Positions 32,495 through 42,521 of a stretch of DNA of 64,000 bases are shown here, one piece after another; the stretch's first letter is position 1, and each line of letters opens with the position of its first letter. This stretch comes from Verrucomicrobia bacterium UBA6614 (GTDB taxonomy: Bacteria; Verrucomicrobiota; Verrucomicrobiia; Limisphaerales; UBA1100). The stretch is from contig DJHS01000054.1 in the NCBI GenBank assembly GCA_002433235.1, positions 17,918 through 81,917 on the forward strand. Direction: 5' to 3'. The notes beneath the pieces were generated by a model. It had not been told where the DNA came from, did not search any database, and saw only the letters and a program-made list of their open reading frames with translations. Both the position numbers and the translations under genes were made by a program.

Positions 32495-34375
32495 ATGAGT
32501 GCTACACCTTCTCCCGAAAACCGCGGCCAATGGGGCTCCAAGATCGGTTTCATTCTCGCCGCTGCCGGCTCTGCGGTGGGGCTTGGCAACATTTGGCGTT
32601 TTCCGTATGTCACCGGTGAAAACGGTGGCGCGGCATTCGTCGTCATCTATTTGGCATGCGTGTTGTTTATCGGCCTGCCGCTGATGTGGGCTGAATTAAC
32701 GCTGGGGCGGCTTACGGGTAAAAACCCAGTCGATGCCTTTCGCGATACCGGGGAAGCCAAGGATGTGTGGCTGTATAAGTACGGCGCACCGGCGGTGGGT
32801 TGGCTTTGCTTGGCGGCGTGTTTTTGCGTGTTGAGCTATTATGGTGTGATTGCCGGATGGACGATCGGCTTTATTTACAACACCGTGGCTCAAGCGGGCA
32901 TGGAGTTTAAATCATTCTCCGCGAATCCAAACTGGGTGATCCCGCTGTTTGCCGTTTTCATTGGCGGCACGATTTACATCGTTCAAGCCGGTATCGAAAG
33001 AGGCATCGAGAAATGGTCAAAGATCCTCATGCCACTGCTGCTCGGTTTGGTGTTCGTGGTGATCATTCGCAGCCTCACGCTGGAAGGAGCCTCGGAAGGC
33101 ATCAAGTGGTATCTCTCACCGGATTTTTCGGTGATTGATGGCAAGGTGGTTTTGGCTGCGCTGGGACAGGCGTTTTTCTCCCTGAGTGTCGGCTGGGGCC
33201 TGATGATTACCTACGGCTCGTACATGCCCAAGAGCCAAAACATTGTGTCCAACGGCTTTTGGGTGGCCTTGATGGACACCGGCGTCGCGTTGCTTGGCGG
33301 TCTGATGGTGATTCCCGCAGTGTTCGCCTTGGGCTTCCCGGTGGACGCCGGCCCAACGCTGACATTTGAGACCCTGCCGGCGGTGTTCGAAAAAATGCCC
33401 TTCGGCATCGTAGTGGGCGGCTTGTTCTTCCTATTGCTGACGGTGGCGGCACTTACATCCTCGATCTCCATGCTCGAAGTGCCGGTCTCCTATTTCGTGG
33501 ATGGCAAACGTGCCACGCGCAAAAAAGCCGCCGTGCTGGTTGGCATCGTGGCGTTCGCGGTGGGGTTGCCTTCCGCGTTGTCGTTCGGCGGTTCGGATGC
33601 GTTTAGCAAAATTGTCACCACCGATGAGTCGACCCTGAAACTCACCGGCATCGATGCAGCGAAAGCCACGCCGGAAAGTCTTTCGGCAATCCTTGATGGC
33701 ACCAACGCTGAAGTGGGCGCCATCAGTTTTCCCGTCACGCAATTGGAGGACATGAAATTTGCCGTGCCGATGGATGATCAAAACAACACCTTGGCGATCA
33801 TTGGCGAACTAAAAGCTGGGAAAGTGACGCACCTGAGCCACGATGCCATCGATAAAGGCGACTCGGTTGAGTTCACTTTGATCTCCGTGGATGGCGGCAA
33901 AGATGCCGTGGCCGAGCTGCGCCGCGCGTTGGCCAAGGTGGATATTCGCATTCCGGAATCAGCTGTGACGCTCAGCCCCACCACCGCAGCCATCAAGGCG
34001 CGTACGGACGTTTCCTTCGCCGTGCCACACGCTCACACCAATGCCGTGCACACTACGCTGGTTGAAAACAATGCCACCATCGGGTTTGCATCCCTCAGCC
34101 TCACCACCAAATCAGTTAGCTTTTTCGAAGTGATGGACAAATATTTCGGCACGCTGTGCCTGATAATCATCTCGCTGTCGGTCAGCGTTTACGTGGGCTG
34201 GATGATGGATTCGAGCAAGATGGTCAAGGAACTGGCGCAAGGCTGCTCCAGCTTCACGAAACCGATCTTTGGCAATGTGGCACCCTCGGATATCTGGGTG
34301 TTTTTCCTGAGGATCATTTGCCCGATTGTGATCTTTATCGTGCTGCTCGGGCAGTTTGGCGTGGAGATTATTTAG
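32495..34375 (+). CDS. neurotransmitter:sodium symporter (NSS/SNF) family transporter with a ~170-aa inserted soluble domain
   Basis: WGSKIGFILAAAGSAVGLGNIWRFPYVTGENGGAAF is the NSS signature. Multiple TM helices. A non-hydrophobic stretch runs from about aa 370 to 545. Confidence 0.85.
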   Translation: MSATPSPENRGQWGSKIGFILAAAGSAVGLGNIWRFPYVTGENGGAAFVVIYLACVLFIGLPLMWAELTLGRLTGKNPVDAFRDTGEAKDVWLYKYGAPAVGWLCLAACFCVLSYYGVIAGWTIGFIYNTVAQAGMEFKSFSANPNWVIPLFAVFIGGTIYIVQAGIERGIEKWSKILMPLLLGLVFVVIIRSLTLEGASEGIKWYLSPDFSVIDGKVVLAALGQAFFSLSVGWGLMITYGSYMPKSQNIVSNGFWVALMDTGVALLGGLMVIPAVFALGFPVDAGPTLTFETLPAVFEKMPFGIVVGGLFFLLLTVAALTSSISMLEVPVSYFVDGKRATRKKAAVLVGIVAFAVGLPSALSFGGSDAFSKIVTTDESTLKLTGIDAAKATPESLSAILDGTNAEVGAISFPVTQLEDMKFAVPMDDQNNTLAIIGELKAGKVTHLSHDAIDKGDSVEFTLISVDGGKDAVAELRRALAKVDIRIPESAVTLSPTTAAIKARTDVSFAVPHAHTNAVHTTLVENNATIGFASLSLTTKSVSFFEVMDKYFGTLCLIIISLSVSVYVGWMMDSSKMVKELAQGCSSFTKPIFGNVAPSDIWVFFLRIICPIVIFIVLLGQFGVEII

Positions 34376-34381
34376 GCGCGC

Positions 34382-35197
34382 CTACTCGGCAAACGCTTCC
34401 TTCAGATTGGCCAAGCTCTGCGTGGCAATCACCTCCGGGCCTTCGTCGAACTTGAACACTTCCACGGACACGACGCCGTCGTAATCCACTTCCTTGAGGG
34501 CGGCGCCGATCGGTTTGAAATCCACGTCGCCAAAGCCGGGGCCTTTGAGGTTTTCGTCGTTGGCGTGGAAGTAGCCGAATTCGCCGGCGCTCTCGCGGAT
34601 AATGTCCGGGATCGGTTTTCCCATGGAACACATGGCTTTCACATCGAGGATCACCTTGAAATGGGGGTTCTCCAATTGCTGCACAAACTGGATCGCCTCG
34701 GTGTGCGTGTTGATGAAATTGGTTTCGCTGGGCGCCAGTGGTTCAAAGTTGATCACCACATCCCGTTCGGCGGCGTGCGCCACGCTGTCCTTGAATACGT
34801 CGGTGGCCCATTCCCACGCCTGCTCGTAGCTGACGCCGTCCATTAGGTTGCGTTGGTACGGTGAGCCGACGATGATTGAGCGGCCGCCGAAATCCGCACA
34901 GCAATCGACGAGGTCCACGAAGTAACGCGCGGTCTTCTCGCGAATGCTCGCGTCGGTATGCGTCATGTGCATGCCCTCGGCCTTCACCAGCACCCAATGG
35001 ATGCCGGAAATCTCGATGCCGGTCTGGGCCGCCAGATCCTTCACCCGCTGGCGCTCGGCTGCGGAGATGTCGGTGACGTGATTGGAAATGGTGAAGGGCG
35101 CAATCTCCAGGCAGTCGTAGCCGGTCTTGGCCGCGTACTCCATCGTGTCCTCCATCGTCCACCCCTCAAAAATCTCGTTGCAGATACCAAATTTCAT
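34382..35197 (-). CDS. sugar phosphate isomerase/epimerase (xylose isomerase-like TIM barrel)
   Basis: 271 aa. MKFGICNEIF... and ...INFEPLAPSETNFINT are typical of the AP-endonuclease-2/xylose-isomerase-like barrel family. Confidence 0.75.
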   Translation of the reverse strand: MKFGICNEIFEGWTMEDTMEYAAKTGYDCLEIAPFTISNHVTDISAAERQRVKDLAAQTGIEISGIHWVLVKAEGMHMTHTDASIREKTARYFVDLVDCCADFGGRSIIVGSPYQRNLMDGVSYEQAWEWATDVFKDSVAHAAERDVVINFEPLAPSETNFINTHTEAIQFVQQLENPHFKVILDVKAMCSMGKPIPDIIRESAGEFGYFHANDENLKGPGFGDVDFKPIGAALKEVDYDGVVSVEVFKFDEGPEVIATQSLANLKEAFAE

Positions 35198-35205
35198 CTC
35201 GCGAA

Positions 35206-35463
35206 ATGAGGCCGTTTGGCGGATGCTTTGTCGAGGAATTTGTCATGGACGGCATGCGACTCTTTCATACCTGCCCGGTGGATAACGCGGAACTGCTCGC
35301 GGTGATGCTCGGCAATCACGACATCAAGGCGGTGGAAAAAATGATCGAGCCAATGCCCGAGGGCGAGGACGAATTCAGCCGCCCTGTGGAGGTGTACGTG
35401 CCCGAGGCTGAATACGATCGCGCTTACGAGTTGTTTTTCGGGGATAACGAGAGCGAGATTTGA
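35206..35463 (+). CDS. small hypothetical protein (possibly DUF2007-like)
   Basis: 85 aa with alternative ATGs at 35245 and 35254. Its stop is directly adjacent to the ATG of the DUF1501 gene. Weak resemblance only. Confidence 0.4.
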   Translation: MRPFGGCFVEEFVMDGMRLFHTCPVDNAELLAVMLGNHDIKAVEKMIEPMPEGEDEFSRPVEVYVPEAEYDRAYELFFGDNESEI

Positions 35464-36822
35464 ATGAACCTAAATAGGCGAGAACTGTTGCGCGCGGGCA
35501 GCTTGGGTCTGATGGGCCTGTCATTGCCTGAACTGCTTGCGGCCCGGGAGCAAAACGGCTTCGGCAAGGCGAAGGCGTGCATCCTTCTCTTCATGTGGGG
35601 CGGGCCGGCGCAACAGGATACTTGGGACATGAAACCGGAGGCACCGGCGGAGTTTCGCGGAGAGTTTTCGCCGATCCGATCGAAGGTGCCAGGCATTCAC
35701 GTCAGTGAACATTTTCCCGAGCTGGCCAAGCGCACGGACCAGCTCAGCATCGTGCGTTCGATGACCCACACCAATTTTGATCACACGGCCTCCACTCATT
35801 ATCTGCTCACAGGCGAGCCGCCGCCCATCTCCAAGTCCAAAGCCGATCAATGGCCGCACATGGGCTCGGTGCTTTCCAAGCTCGGACGAGGGAAAGGCGC
35901 CTTGCCGCCGTTTGTTTCCATGCGCCCGGAATTGCCCGGCGACGTGCCGCGATTTGTGGAGCAGAGCCAGGGACAATTCGCCGGCTGGCTCGGGCCATTG
36001 CATGATCCGCTGACGATTGATGCTGACCCGAGCAAAAAGGATTACAAGGTGGGCGAAATGACACTGCAGCCGGAGCTGTCACTGACACGGCTGGAAGGGC
36101 GCAAGACGCTGCAGCAAAAACTCGACCGCACCTTGGCCAGTGCCAATCCCGCGTTTGCTGCCACGGATAAAAATAATCAACGCGCCTACGACCTGCTGAC
36201 CACCGCCGCCAATCAACGAGGCGCCTTTGATCTCACGGAAGAAACGCCAAAGATGCGCGAGCGGTATGGACTGCATCCGCATGGCCAGTCCGTCCTGCAG
36301 GCACGCCGGCTCGTGGAACGCGGTGTGCCGCTCGTCACGGTTTTCTGGCCGAATGACGGCATCAAAAACGTGAGCGTGTATTGGGACACGCACAGCCGCA
36401 ATTTCATCGACCTCAAGCAACGCCTCATGCCGCCCGCCGATCAAGCCTTCAGTGCGTTGCTGGACGACCTGCGCGAGCGCGGCATGCTCGATGAAACGCT
36501 GGTGCTGTGGACCGGCGAATTCGGCCGCAACCCCAAGGTTGGACAACGCAGCAGCGATGCCGGAGCCGGTCGTGATGGGCGCGACCATTGGGGGCGCTGT
36601 TTCAGCTCCGTGCTCGCAGGCGGCGGCGTAAAGGGCGGGTTTGTCTATGGCAAAAGCGACAAGGTGGCCGGCGAGCCCGCGGAAAATGCCGTGGCGCCGC
36701 GGGATCTCATCGCCACGGTGTACAATCAACTCGGCGTACCTGCGGAACAAATGCTTCACGACGTCAATGGTCGCCCGCAATTTGTGCGACCTGGACGGGT
36801 GATCCGGGACTTGATCCTTTAG
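35464..36822 (+). CDS. DUF1501-domain protein (sulfatase-fold) with TAT signal
   Basis: MNLNRRELLRAGSLGLMGLSLPELLAA, then CILLFMWGGPAQQDTWDMKPEAP and LVLWTGEFGRNP, the hallmark DUF1501 motifs of PVC genomes. Confidence 0.85.
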   Translation: MNLNRRELLRAGSLGLMGLSLPELLAAREQNGFGKAKACILLFMWGGPAQQDTWDMKPEAPAEFRGEFSPIRSKVPGIHVSEHFPELAKRTDQLSIVRSMTHTNFDHTASTHYLLTGEPPPISKSKADQWPHMGSVLSKLGRGKGALPPFVSMRPELPGDVPRFVEQSQGQFAGWLGPLHDPLTIDADPSKKDYKVGEMTLQPELSLTRLEGRKTLQQKLDRTLASANPAFAATDKNNQRAYDLLTTAANQRGAFDLTEETPKMRERYGLHPHGQSVLQARRLVERGVPLVTVFWPNDGIKNVSVYWDTHSRNFIDLKQRLMPPADQAFSALLDDLRERGMLDETLVLWTGEFGRNPKVGQRSSDAGAGRDGRDHWGRCFSSVLAGGGVKGGFVYGKSDKVAGEPAENAVAPRDLIATVYNQLGVPAEQMLHDVNGRPQFVRPGRVIRDLIL

Positions 36823-38483
36823 CCCAGTAACTCTTCGGCGTGTTTCGTGGCCGCCTCGACTTTACCGCCGAGCATTCGGGCCAGTTCCTCCACGCGGGAT
36901 TTTTCATCGAGCAAGGAAATATTCGATTCTGTGCGGCCATCAATGACGGCTTTGCTGACGACGTAATGCGTCTGTGCGGCGGCGGCGACAGGGGCAAGGT
37001 GGGTGATACAGAGCACCTGCCGCTGGTCAGCGATCTGGCGCATGCGCTCGCCGACGGCATGGGCGGTCTCGCCGCCGACATTGGCGTCGACTTCGTCAAA
37101 AATCAAAACGGGGATTGAATCCTCGGCGGCGAGGACGGTCTTGAGCGCGAGCATCACGCGGGCGAGCTCGCCGGAGGAGGCAATGGCGCGCAAGGGGCGG
37201 GCGGGTTCGCCGGGGTTGGGGGCAAATTGAAATTCGACGGTGTCCAAGCCGGTGGACTTGGCCTCGGCGGGTTGATCGGTGCTGGTGAGGGCGACATCGA
37301 GCTGGCTTTGGGCAAAGCCGAGGTCGTTGAGGTGCGCGGTGACGGCCTTGGTGAGCTTGGGGATGAGCTTGGCGCGTTGGGCGGTGAGCTTTTGGCCGGC
37401 GGCGATGAGTTCGGTTTCGAGTGAATCGAGTTCGGCGTTCAATCGGGCCAATTCCTCATCGCGACTCTCGAGTGTGGCGAGTTTTTGGGCGGCCTCGTCG
37501 CCGAAGGCATTCACGGCCTCGATGCTGCCGCCGTATTTGCGCTTGAGCGATTGGGCGAGGTTAACGCGTTCCTCCAGTGTGGCGAGCTGGGCGGGATCGA
37601 TGTCCACGCGATCAGCGTATGCCGTAAGAGCGCTTTGGAGTTCCTGCAGGTTGGTGCGGGCTTCCTCGTGGAGGTTGACCAGCTCGGTGGCGCTGTCATC
37701 CACCTGCTGCAAATCGGCCAACACACGGCCGAGATCGCCGGAGCGGTCGAGCAGTGAGCCTTCATTTTCACTGACCAACTGCAAGGCGCCCTGGCAAAGC
37801 TCGAGCAATCGGGCCGCGTTGCTGGAGCGTTGGTAATCGGCCTCAAGGTTTTCCTCTTCAGCCGGATCCAGCGCGGCATCGGTGATTTCCTTCACTTGGA
37901 ACCGCAGCAAATCGAGCTGCTGCGCGTAGGTGGCTTCATCAACCACCAGATCGGCCTTGGCCTGTTCGATGGCGGTGCGGCGCTGGAGCAATTCGGTGAA
38001 AGCGGCGCGCGATGCCTGCAATCCGCCAAAGGCATCAAGGATGGCGAGCTGGCGTGCGGGATGCAGCAGCGATTGATGATCGTGGGGACCGTGCATGTCG
38101 ACGAGCCATTCGCCGATTTGCTTGAGAACGGCGAGCGTGGTGGCGCTGCCGTTGACAAACTGACGGTTGCTGCCGGCGGCGGTGAAGGTCCGTTTGAGAA
38201 GGAGTTGATTGTCCTCACAGGGTTCGAGGCCATGTTCCTCGAGGAATGTGGGCAGAGGAGCGTCGAGCTTGGCGAGGTCAAACGTGGCCTCGACCGTGCA
38301 TTGATCGGCCTCAGCGCGAATGAGCGTGCGGTCGGCTCGTTCGCCCAGCACGAGATTGAGCGCGCCAATGAGGATGGATTTGCCTGCGCCCGTCTCGCCG
38401 CTGATGGCGTTGTAGCCGGGGCCGAGCTCCAGCGTGAGGTCGGTGACCAAGGCGAGATTTCGGATGCGCAGCGTTTCAAGCAT
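36819..38483 (-). CDS. recN: DNA repair protein RecN
   Basis: [13 protein letters not shown]...[16 protein letters not shown] is a Walker A motif. Coiled-coil middle region. C-terminal [14 protein letters not shown] and [12 protein letters not shown]. Confidence 0.92.
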   Translation of the reverse strand: MLETLRIRNLALVTDLTLELGPGYNAISGETGAGKSILIGALNLVLGERADRTLIRAEADQCTVEATFDLAKLDAPLPTFLEEHGLEPCEDNQLLLKRTFTAAGSNRQFVNGSATTLAVLKQIGEWLVDMHGPHDHQSLLHPARQLAILDAFGGLQASRAAFTELLQRRTAIEQAKADLVVDEATYAQQLDLLRFQVKEITDAALDPAEEENLEADYQRSSNAARLLELCQGALQLVSENEGSLLDRSGDLGRVLADLQQVDDSATELVNLHEEARTNLQELQSALTAYADRVDIDPAQLATLEERVNLAQSLKRKYGGSIEAVNAFGDEAAQKLATLESRDEELARLNAELDSLETELIAAGQKLTAQRAKLIPKLTKAVTAHLNDLGFAQSQLDVALTSTDQPAEAKSTGLDTVEFQFAPNPGEPARPLRAIASSGELARVMLALKTVLAAEDSIPVLIFDEVDANVGGETAHAVGERMRQIADQRQVLCITHLAPVAAAAQTHYVVSKAVIDGRTESNISLLDEKSRVEELARMLGGKVEAATKHAEELLG

Positions 38484-38553
38484 GCGGGGGCATTGTTACC
38501 GATTGGGCGCGCGGGAAAATAAAATTGTGTTCACCGTGCCGATCGGGCATCCC

Positions 38554-39351
38554 ATGCGGCGCATGGCGTTTGAGTTTACGTTCCTAGGCACGGGCACCTC
38601 GCAGGGTGTGCCGGTCATCGGCAAGGAATATCCGGAGGAGTTTCTGGCCAACCAGAAAAATCATCGGCTGCGTTCTTCGATTTACGTGGTTACCAGTGAA
38701 GTCAAGCTGGTGGTTGACACCACGCCGGATTTCCGCACGCAGTGTCTGCGGGAAAACATCAGTTGGCTCGACGCCGTGCTGGTTACCCATGCACATACCG
38801 ACCACATCATGGGCATGGACGACTGCCGGCGCTTTTGCGACATCCGCCAAGGGCCGCTGCCGGTTTACGCCAATGCAGAGACCATGGGGCACTTGCGGCG
38901 GGTTCACGCCCATTCGTTTCATGACGGCGAACATCCGCGTGGTTATTTTGTGCCGGAGGAGCATGTGGTCGATGGGCCGTTTGAGATTGGCGATTTGCGC
39001 ATCACGCCATTCGACCTGCCGCATGGGAGCATGGGATCGACAGGATTTCTCTTCGAGCAAGCGGGCAAAAAAAAGTTGGCTTATCTCACCGATGCCAAGG
39101 CGGTGCCGGCTGAGGTGGTCGAGGCGGTGCGTGGTGTGGAGGTGGTTGTGCTCGACGCGCTTCGACCGCAAGAACATTGGACGCATATGAGCACCGGTGA
39201 GGCGTTGGCCGTGGCTGAGCAGGTTGGTGCCGGCCAGACTTTTTTCACGCACCTGACGCACTATTACGATCACGATGTGGATCAGGCGAAGTTGCCGGAA
39301 GGGGTGCGGCTGGCGTGGGATGGGCTAAAGGTATTTTCCAAGGACCAATGA
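38554..39351 (+). CDS. MBL-fold metallo-hydrolase (PhnP/GPMB-like)
   Basis: [13 protein letters not shown] and the THAHTDH motif. An alternative ATG lies at 38563. Confidence 0.8.
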   Translation: MRRMAFEFTFLGTGTSQGVPVIGKEYPEEFLANQKNHRLRSSIYVVTSEVKLVVDTTPDFRTQCLRENISWLDAVLVTHAHTDHIMGMDDCRRFCDIRQGPLPVYANAETMGHLRRVHAHSFHDGEHPRGYFVPEEHVVDGPFEIGDLRITPFDLPHGSMGSTGFLFEQAGKKKLAYLTDAKAVPAEVVEAVRGVEVVVLDALRPQEHWTHMSTGEALAVAEQVGAGQTFFTHLTHYYDHDVDQAKLPEGVRLAWDGLKVFSKDQ

Positions 39352-39417
39352 CCAAGATCCAAGGAATGTCCAATGCCCAGATTCCAATAGGTCATTGGAA
39401 ATTGAAAATTGGTCATT

Positions 39418-39471
39418 AAAAAACGGCCGCCAATGGCGACCGTTCTTCAATGGCTTTATCGGCCGTTTTTT
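39418..39471. terminator. bidirectional terminator between convergent genes
   Basis: AAAAAACGGCCG (39418-39429) is the reverse complement of CGGCCGTTTTTT (39460-39471). An inner hairpin ACGGCCGCC-aat-GGCGACCGT is flanked by an A-run on the plus strand, which is a T-run on the minus strand. Confidence 0.7.
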
Positions 39472-40522
39472 AGGCCCCCATTTCGTCTTCAAAGGACCCT
39501 TCGGCAACCGGGAAACATAGCTGGTCGCGGACGTATTGGATGCCCTCAATGGCGGTGGCGTCCGGGTCGCGGTAGTTGCTCTCGGTCTCAGCGATAAGCG
39601 GCGCGGTTTCGGTGCCCATGATCTTGTTGTAGCGCGCGGGGTAGCCGATGTTGATGAGCATTTCGACGTAGCGCACCATGTTGAGGTCGCCGCTGCCAAG
39701 GTCGGTGAACTGCATCGCGCGGTTGCGCCAGTTTCCGTCCATCTTGCGCAGGGGCACGTTGGGGCGGACGACGAAGTTCTTCACGTGGCAGGCATACACG
39801 CGATCGCGCACGGCGGGGTGGGTGAAACGTGTTTCCCAATCCTCACCTTCCCAACAGTGGGAGGGGTCGGCATTGACGGTGAGGGTTTCGTCGCCGTCGC
39901 AAATGTCCACGAGTGTGCCGAATTCCTCCGCACACATGGCGGCGGTGCCGGGGTGAATCTCGTGAGCGAGATAAATGCCAAGGCTTTTGGCGTGCGCGCG
40001 AATCTTGGCGGTTTTGTTCACGAAACGCTCGTTGCCTTCCTTGATGAGGTCGCCGCCGCCGGGGGAGGTCCAGAAACCCCACGGGTAACCAGTGGCCAGT
40101 TCCCAGCCGTGGGAAGCACCCCAGAACATGGGCAGGATTTTGATGTCCAATTCGGCGCACAGATCCATCAGACGCAGCAGGTAATCCTCATACCACTGCT
40201 CCAGTTCCTCCGGGCTCTTGTCCTGATTTTGGCCGTGGATAAATGCATGGCCGCTCTTGGTTCCCGTCCAAGCACTGGTGTGCACCCAGAACGCGCAGTG
40301 GCCGCTGACGCCGTCGAGCTTGAGGCCGTTTTGTTCGAAAGTGTCTTTTATGTCCGAGGCACTGCGGAACTTGGAGCCGTCCGAGCCGTCCTCTTCCATC
40401 ATGTAGTTGCTCGGCTGCGCGCCAGCCGCACCGGCTTCCTTGGCGAACTTGAGAAAACCTTCAAGTCCCTTGCCACCGTGTTGTGCGCCTTCAATACTGC
40501 TGTGGTAGATCGGTTTCGCCAT
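39470..40522 (-). CDS. sugar phosphate isomerase/epimerase-like TIM-barrel protein
   Basis: 350 aa. LAHEIHPGTAA and NADPSHCW are metal-ligand-like motifs of the xylose-isomerase-like barrel family. Confidence 0.65.
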   Translation of the reverse strand: MAKPIYHSSIEGAQHGGKGLEGFLKFAKEAGAAGAQPSNYMMEEDGSDGSKFRSASDIKDTFEQNGLKLDGVSGHCAFWVHTSAWTGTKSGHAFIHGQNQDKSPEELEQWYEDYLLRLMDLCAELDIKILPMFWGASHGWELATGYPWGFWTSPGGGDLIKEGNERFVNKTAKIRAHAKSLGIYLAHEIHPGTAAMCAEEFGTLVDICDGDETLTVNADPSHCWEGEDWETRFTHPAVRDRVYACHVKNFVVRPNVPLRKMDGNWRNRAMQFTDLGSGDLNMVRYVEMLINIGYPARYNKIMGTETAPLIAETESNYRDPDATAIEGIQYVRDQLCFPVAEGSFEDEMGA

Positions 40523-40619
40523 AAATCACCTGTAGGGTTGAATTTGGGTGGCGAAGGGATAGCGGAGTTTTTTGGGGAAGGCAACCAGTTTTAGAAAATA
40601 CACCTATGCTGAAGTGGCA

Positions 40620-41612
40620 TTAGGGGCCTTTTTTCTTTTTTTCCTCGCGAATTTTCATCAATTCCGCGCGGGCATTGATTTCGATCCACGATTGCCAGCC
40701 GACCTCAAAGGTCTCAATGCCGGTCAGTTGCTGTCCGTTTGGTCGGCGAATTTTGGGCCAAACAGTGTCAACGGCCTGAGTGAAGATAATTTCGGGAGGC
40801 CGATTTGGCATTTGTTGTGAACGCCGGGTGGCTTCCGCCAGTGCTTGTTGTGGCCAAACCACTTTTGCGCTCCTGCCGGAGCGAATGAAGAAATCGAAGA
40901 TGGACCACCCAATGTCGTAGCCTAAGCCGATATCCTTGTCGAACATGTTGGACCAGTCTTCGTATTTGTCCGTCAAAAAATATTGTCGAATGTCGGGCAA
41001 CCTGCCTTTGCGACGCATGTCCTCGAGCCGAAGCCAGCGGTTGCGTTGATCTCTCCCAACGGGCAACAGGCCCTTGTCGTTTTTTTGCAGCCAAGCTGGT
41101 GCCTCGCCGAACCAATCCGCGCTGCCCTCAATCATCCAGAACGGTAGATTGCCATACATGGCATCCATTACCGCGTGGCAGCCTTCATGTTGCAGTGTGG
41201 GCATCAGGCGCCATGGCTCTGATTGGCGCCAAGTGACGATCTCCTTGCCGCGTGGGCTATAGTAGCCAAGCATGCGGCGGTCGATTTTTTTCCGGTAGAC
41301 CCTCTGAGAGTAGGCCTCGTAGTCGCTGAACTCTCCAAAAATTCTGTACTGCACCTTGAACCCGGCGGGGATGCGTTTACCAAAAGCCTGCTGATGGGCA
41401 ACGACGAGATTGGTCAGGCCGAAATTGACAGCATACTCAAGATTGCGATCCACGGTGAACTTGTACGTGGCAAACTTGGCCAAGCCTTTGCCTTGAAAAT
41501 CACGCGGGTTTGCCGCGGCACAGAGCTGCATCACCGGGCCGAAAAGCAGCCCGACGCAAGGCAACACCACGTAAAAAAGGCGGGTCAAACCCAAGGACTT
41601 GATTGGATTCAT
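40620..41612 (-). CDS. secreted putative zinc metallopeptidase (HExxH; DUF1570-like)
   Basis: Start at MNPIKSLGLTRLFYVVLPCVGLLFG (CAT at 41610-41612). LQHEGCHAVMD is an HExxH motif, followed by WMIEGSADWFGE. Confidence 0.6.
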   Translation of the reverse strand: MNPIKSLGLTRLFYVVLPCVGLLFGPVMQLCAAANPRDFQGKGLAKFATYKFTVDRNLEYAVNFGLTNLVVAHQQAFGKRIPAGFKVQYRIFGEFSDYEAYSQRVYRKKIDRRMLGYYSPRGKEIVTWRQSEPWRLMPTLQHEGCHAVMDAMYGNLPFWMIEGSADWFGEAPAWLQKNDKGLLPVGRDQRNRWLRLEDMRRKGRLPDIRQYFLTDKYEDWSNMFDKDIGLGYDIGWSIFDFFIRSGRSAKVVWPQQALAEATRRSQQMPNRPPEIIFTQAVDTVWPKIRRPNGQQLTGIETFEVGWQSWIEINARAELMKIREEKKKKGP

Positions 41613-41702
41613 GGGGTGGTCAATCCTTGTGGGGATAGCGTGCCTGAAAAACGGGCACTTGTAAAGAACGCACACAAAGAGCTGACCGCAGTTAAATAGT
41701 AC

Positions 41703-42509
41703 ATGACCGAGTTCTACGATACCCACGCACACTTGACGTTTCCGGATTTTGCGGAGGAGATTGACCAAGTTCTCAGCCGCGCCGCTGATGCTGGCATAAC
41801 ACGTATCGTTACCATTGGCACTGATCTGGACAGTAGTCGGCGTGCTGTTGCGCTTGCCGAGAAGCATGAGGGGATTTACGCAGTTGTCGGATGGCATCCC
41901 AATGACTTGGAGTCGGCTCCGGATGACGTGTGCCCGGATTTAAGGGAATTGTGCGCCCATGAGAAAGTTGTGGCCATCGGTGAGACCGGGATCGACCACT
42001 ACCGGCTGCCCAGCAGCCGCGGTGGATCTGTGGTCGATGATGCGGTATGGAAGGAACGGCAGATCCGTGTATTCAGGCAGCAATTGGACTTGGCCGTTGA
42101 ATTGAAGCGCAATGTTGTGATTCACCAGCGAGTTGCCTTGAAACCGACCCTAGAAATTTTTGAGCAGTACGCCAGTCGTGTGCGTGGACAATTCCATTGT
42201 TTCGTTGACGATGTTGCGAGCATGCAACGCGTGGTGGAGCTTGGTTCCCTAATCAGCTTCACGGGCATTTTGACCTTCAAAAATGCGAAGGATGTGCGAG
42301 AGACACTGGCGGCTACTCCTGAGGATCGGTTTATGCTGGAAACCGACAGCCCCTTTCTTGCGCCCGTGCCTTACCGTGGAAAACGGTGTGAGCCGGCGTA
42401 TGTGAAGGAAATCGCGGCCATTGCCGCGGAGGTGCGTGGCTGCTCGCTGAAAAAACTGAGCGGAGAGACATGTGCCACGGCACGCGATTTTTTCAAGGGG
42501 CTGAATTGA
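41703..42509 (+). CDS. tatD: TatD-family metal-dependent hydrolase
   Basis: FYDTHAHLTFPDF, GETGIDHYR, VIHQR, ETDSPFLAP. Confidence 0.88.
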   Translation: MTEFYDTHAHLTFPDFAEEIDQVLSRAADAGITRIVTIGTDLDSSRRAVALAEKHEGIYAVVGWHPNDLESAPDDVCPDLRELCAHEKVVAIGETGIDHYRLPSSRGGSVVDDAVWKERQIRVFRQQLDLAVELKRNVVIHQRVALKPTLEIFEQYASRVRGQFHCFVDDVASMQRVVELGSLISFTGILTFKNAKDVRETLAATPEDRFMLETDSPFLAPVPYRGKRCEPAYVKEIAAIAAEVRGCSLKKLSGETCATARDFFKGLN

Positions 42510-42521
42510 GGCGTTGATTGG

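Noticed and set aside
35464-36822. A DUF1501 gene without the usual adjacent DUF1549/DUF1553 (PSCyt) partner
   Set aside because: Orphan DUF1501 genes are common in PVC genomes and the partner may be elsewhere. This is not evidence of anything unusual.
39371-39417. An AT-rich stretch with nested CCAAT...ATTGG inverted repeats and duplicated GGTCATT between convergent genes, considered as a small RNA or MITE remnant
   Set aside because: It is short, the internal loops are not complementary, and there are no terminal inverted repeats or target-site duplication. It is more simply part of the convergent terminator region.
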